A stretch of DNA of 64,000 nt, taken from the NCBI GenBank assembly GCA_043228905.1, contig JBHGNT010000011.1, positions 5,270,001 to 5,334,000 of the forward strand. The letters run 5' to 3'. Source of the DNA: Azolla caroliniana (lineage: Eukaryota > Plantae > Polypodiophyta). Made by a program: the position numbers and the translations under genes. The notes below the pieces were generated by a model, which searched no databases, had not been told where the DNA came from, and worked only from the letters and a program-made list of their open reading frames with translations. Below, one piece after another: positions 62,368-64,000 of the stretch (the first letter of the stretch is position 1; every line of letters begins with the position of its first letter).

Positions 62368-64000
62368 TGTTAAAACGTGTGAATAATAGGGGTGCCTTAA
62401 TGGCGCCGAGTAGGAGTTAATTTGGGACAAAGAATCCCTTGTAAGTCGGGATTTATCCCACATAGTCACGCGACCTTCACCTTGTTCTATAAAAGGGAGG
62501 GCGCGCCCCTTGTGAAGGGGTTCCTCATTTTGGAGGTTCCATAGGTTCAATTTTGTGTTAATAAACTTATGTGTATAACGTCTATTTTTGTCTTCTCTTC
62601 ATCTTGGTATGTGTGTGCGTTGTCTCTTTTTTTTTCTATTAGGGTTTCGGTGTCATTTGTGTGCATGAGTAGGTGGTACATTCGGTTGTGGCAAGTGGCG
62701 TGCAGACTGTCTATGCCTTTCCTGAGCCTCTACTTGTTGGCTCTCAGCACTCCCCGGTCCGGCATGTCTACGAGTGTGGGTGTAGATGTTGGCTTTTGTC
62801 GCTTATGCAAAGCCCGCACGCTAGGTGATCGTTCTGGAAGAGGTGAGTCCGCATGCAAACCCCACTCGGTTTAGCGAGCCCGTGTGCTCCCTAAAGGCGG
62901 CTTGGCACAGGAGGCGGTCGTTCTGGAAGAGGTGAGTCCTCCACGAGGGTCCCGTTGCGCGGACGAGCCCGAGAGCTCCCTGACCGACTCTAGGATGCAG
63001 GCTCCCTCTTCCTCTCCATGTGGAACTGGCATTGCAGCGAGCACTGCGTGTGTCGGTGTGTGTGTGTCTCCGGTTAGCGTAGGGTCCGAGAGCGGGTGCA
63101 TGTGTGGTCGTCGGTGTAGAGGTGCCGGTTGTAACCGGGTGTGTATATGGGTGTGTGCGTGTGTGCGGGCGCGGTTAACCGGGCTATGTCGTGTGCCTCT
63201 TTTGGGCCCCTTGTACGTACAGGCGAAGAGGGGCGACAAGGATGAGGACGCGCTCTCTCGCTTCTCGTGCAGTTACTGGTCGCGTCCGAAGAGTACTCGG
63301 GATCAAACCGGCCGGCAACACGGCAGGCCCGGAGGATTCAGGTCCCCGGTAACTCCTCCCCTCCTGGTCCATGACCCTGGTGGTCCCGCCCGTATTCGAC
63401 ATGCCGGCAAGGATTAGTGTGACATATTTGGTACACCTAACGTGAAGGGCGGCAAGGGAGGATGGAGTTCGAGGTTGAAGACTTCGAAGAGGAGAGTCGA
63501 GAAGCGGCGCATCGAGATGGGCGAGGTCAAAGATGTTGACCGCTACAACAGGGACGGAGTCCCACAAGTTTCGTCGAAGGCTTGACTGTCCAGCATAAAG
63601 AGGAGGAGCTCTGAGCAGCTCACAAAGCGTGGTCACCCCGAAGCAGAACGAAGGTGGTGTGCGACTGCACGACATCACAGCGGGAAAGGGGCGCGCGGAC
63701 GAGACGGACGTGGTCGAGCCGGAGGCCAAGCGGGGCATGACGGTGCCGATACGGGAGAGGGTGCGCCCTCTTTTACATGGGGAGAAAGATCGACCGGGCG
63801 AAGGTCAGTAAACGAAAGGAAGATGATCAAGTGTACAGAACGAGTCTGGCAGGATCGGCATCGAAGCCGAAACTCCAGACATTGGAGAATCAAGCCTAGG
63901 CGAGGCTTGATTGATCATAGAGCGGATGCTTTCCACCGACACTACCAAAAGAGTCGGTGGCCCCAGACGAGTCATCGGGAGTCATTTCCAAATCGGTATC
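62368..64000 (+). mobile_element. Probable 5' LTR (~62368-63424) and GC-rich internal start of a Tat-like Gypsy, running off the window
   Basis: TGTTAAA...GTGACA termini, CTATAAAAGGGAGG and AATAAA; followed by TGGTACACCTAACGTG, resembling a decayed tRNA-Lys PBS (TGGCGCCCAACGTG); internal repeat TCGTTCTGGAAGAGGTGAGTCC occurs twice. Confidence 0.5.

Noticed and set aside
62569-63893. GC-rich ORFs of 100-184 aa
   Set aside because: Low-complexity translations within a probable LTR/leader with no domain signature.

Overview
Eukaryotic, land-plant DNA, probably a non-seed plant such as a fern; this is inferred from the repeat content and is not established. Roughly 80% of the window is nested, mostly decayed retrotransposons. 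These include at least three Ty1/Copia families, several Ty3/Gypsy elements (one with a C-terminal chromodomain), solo and partial LTRs, and two LINE fragments. One host gene is present: a six-exon SWEET sugar transporter on the minus strand (40929->38083, 259 aa, all introns GT-AG). One Copia (25997-31830) is structurally complete, with twin LTRs and a TTCTT target-site duplication. Most unusual observations: (1) a ~1.65 kb hairpin-dense Gypsy 5' leader containing five regularly spaced GAGGT-N4-ACCTC stem-loops; (2) tRNA-like modules in antisense orientation at the start of two separate LTRs; (3) a Copia family whose pol reads through a first polypurine tract into a conserved acidic extension before a second PPT; (4) a chimeric double-pol Copia joined at three microhomology junctions. 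All coordinates were read by eye and no searches were run.
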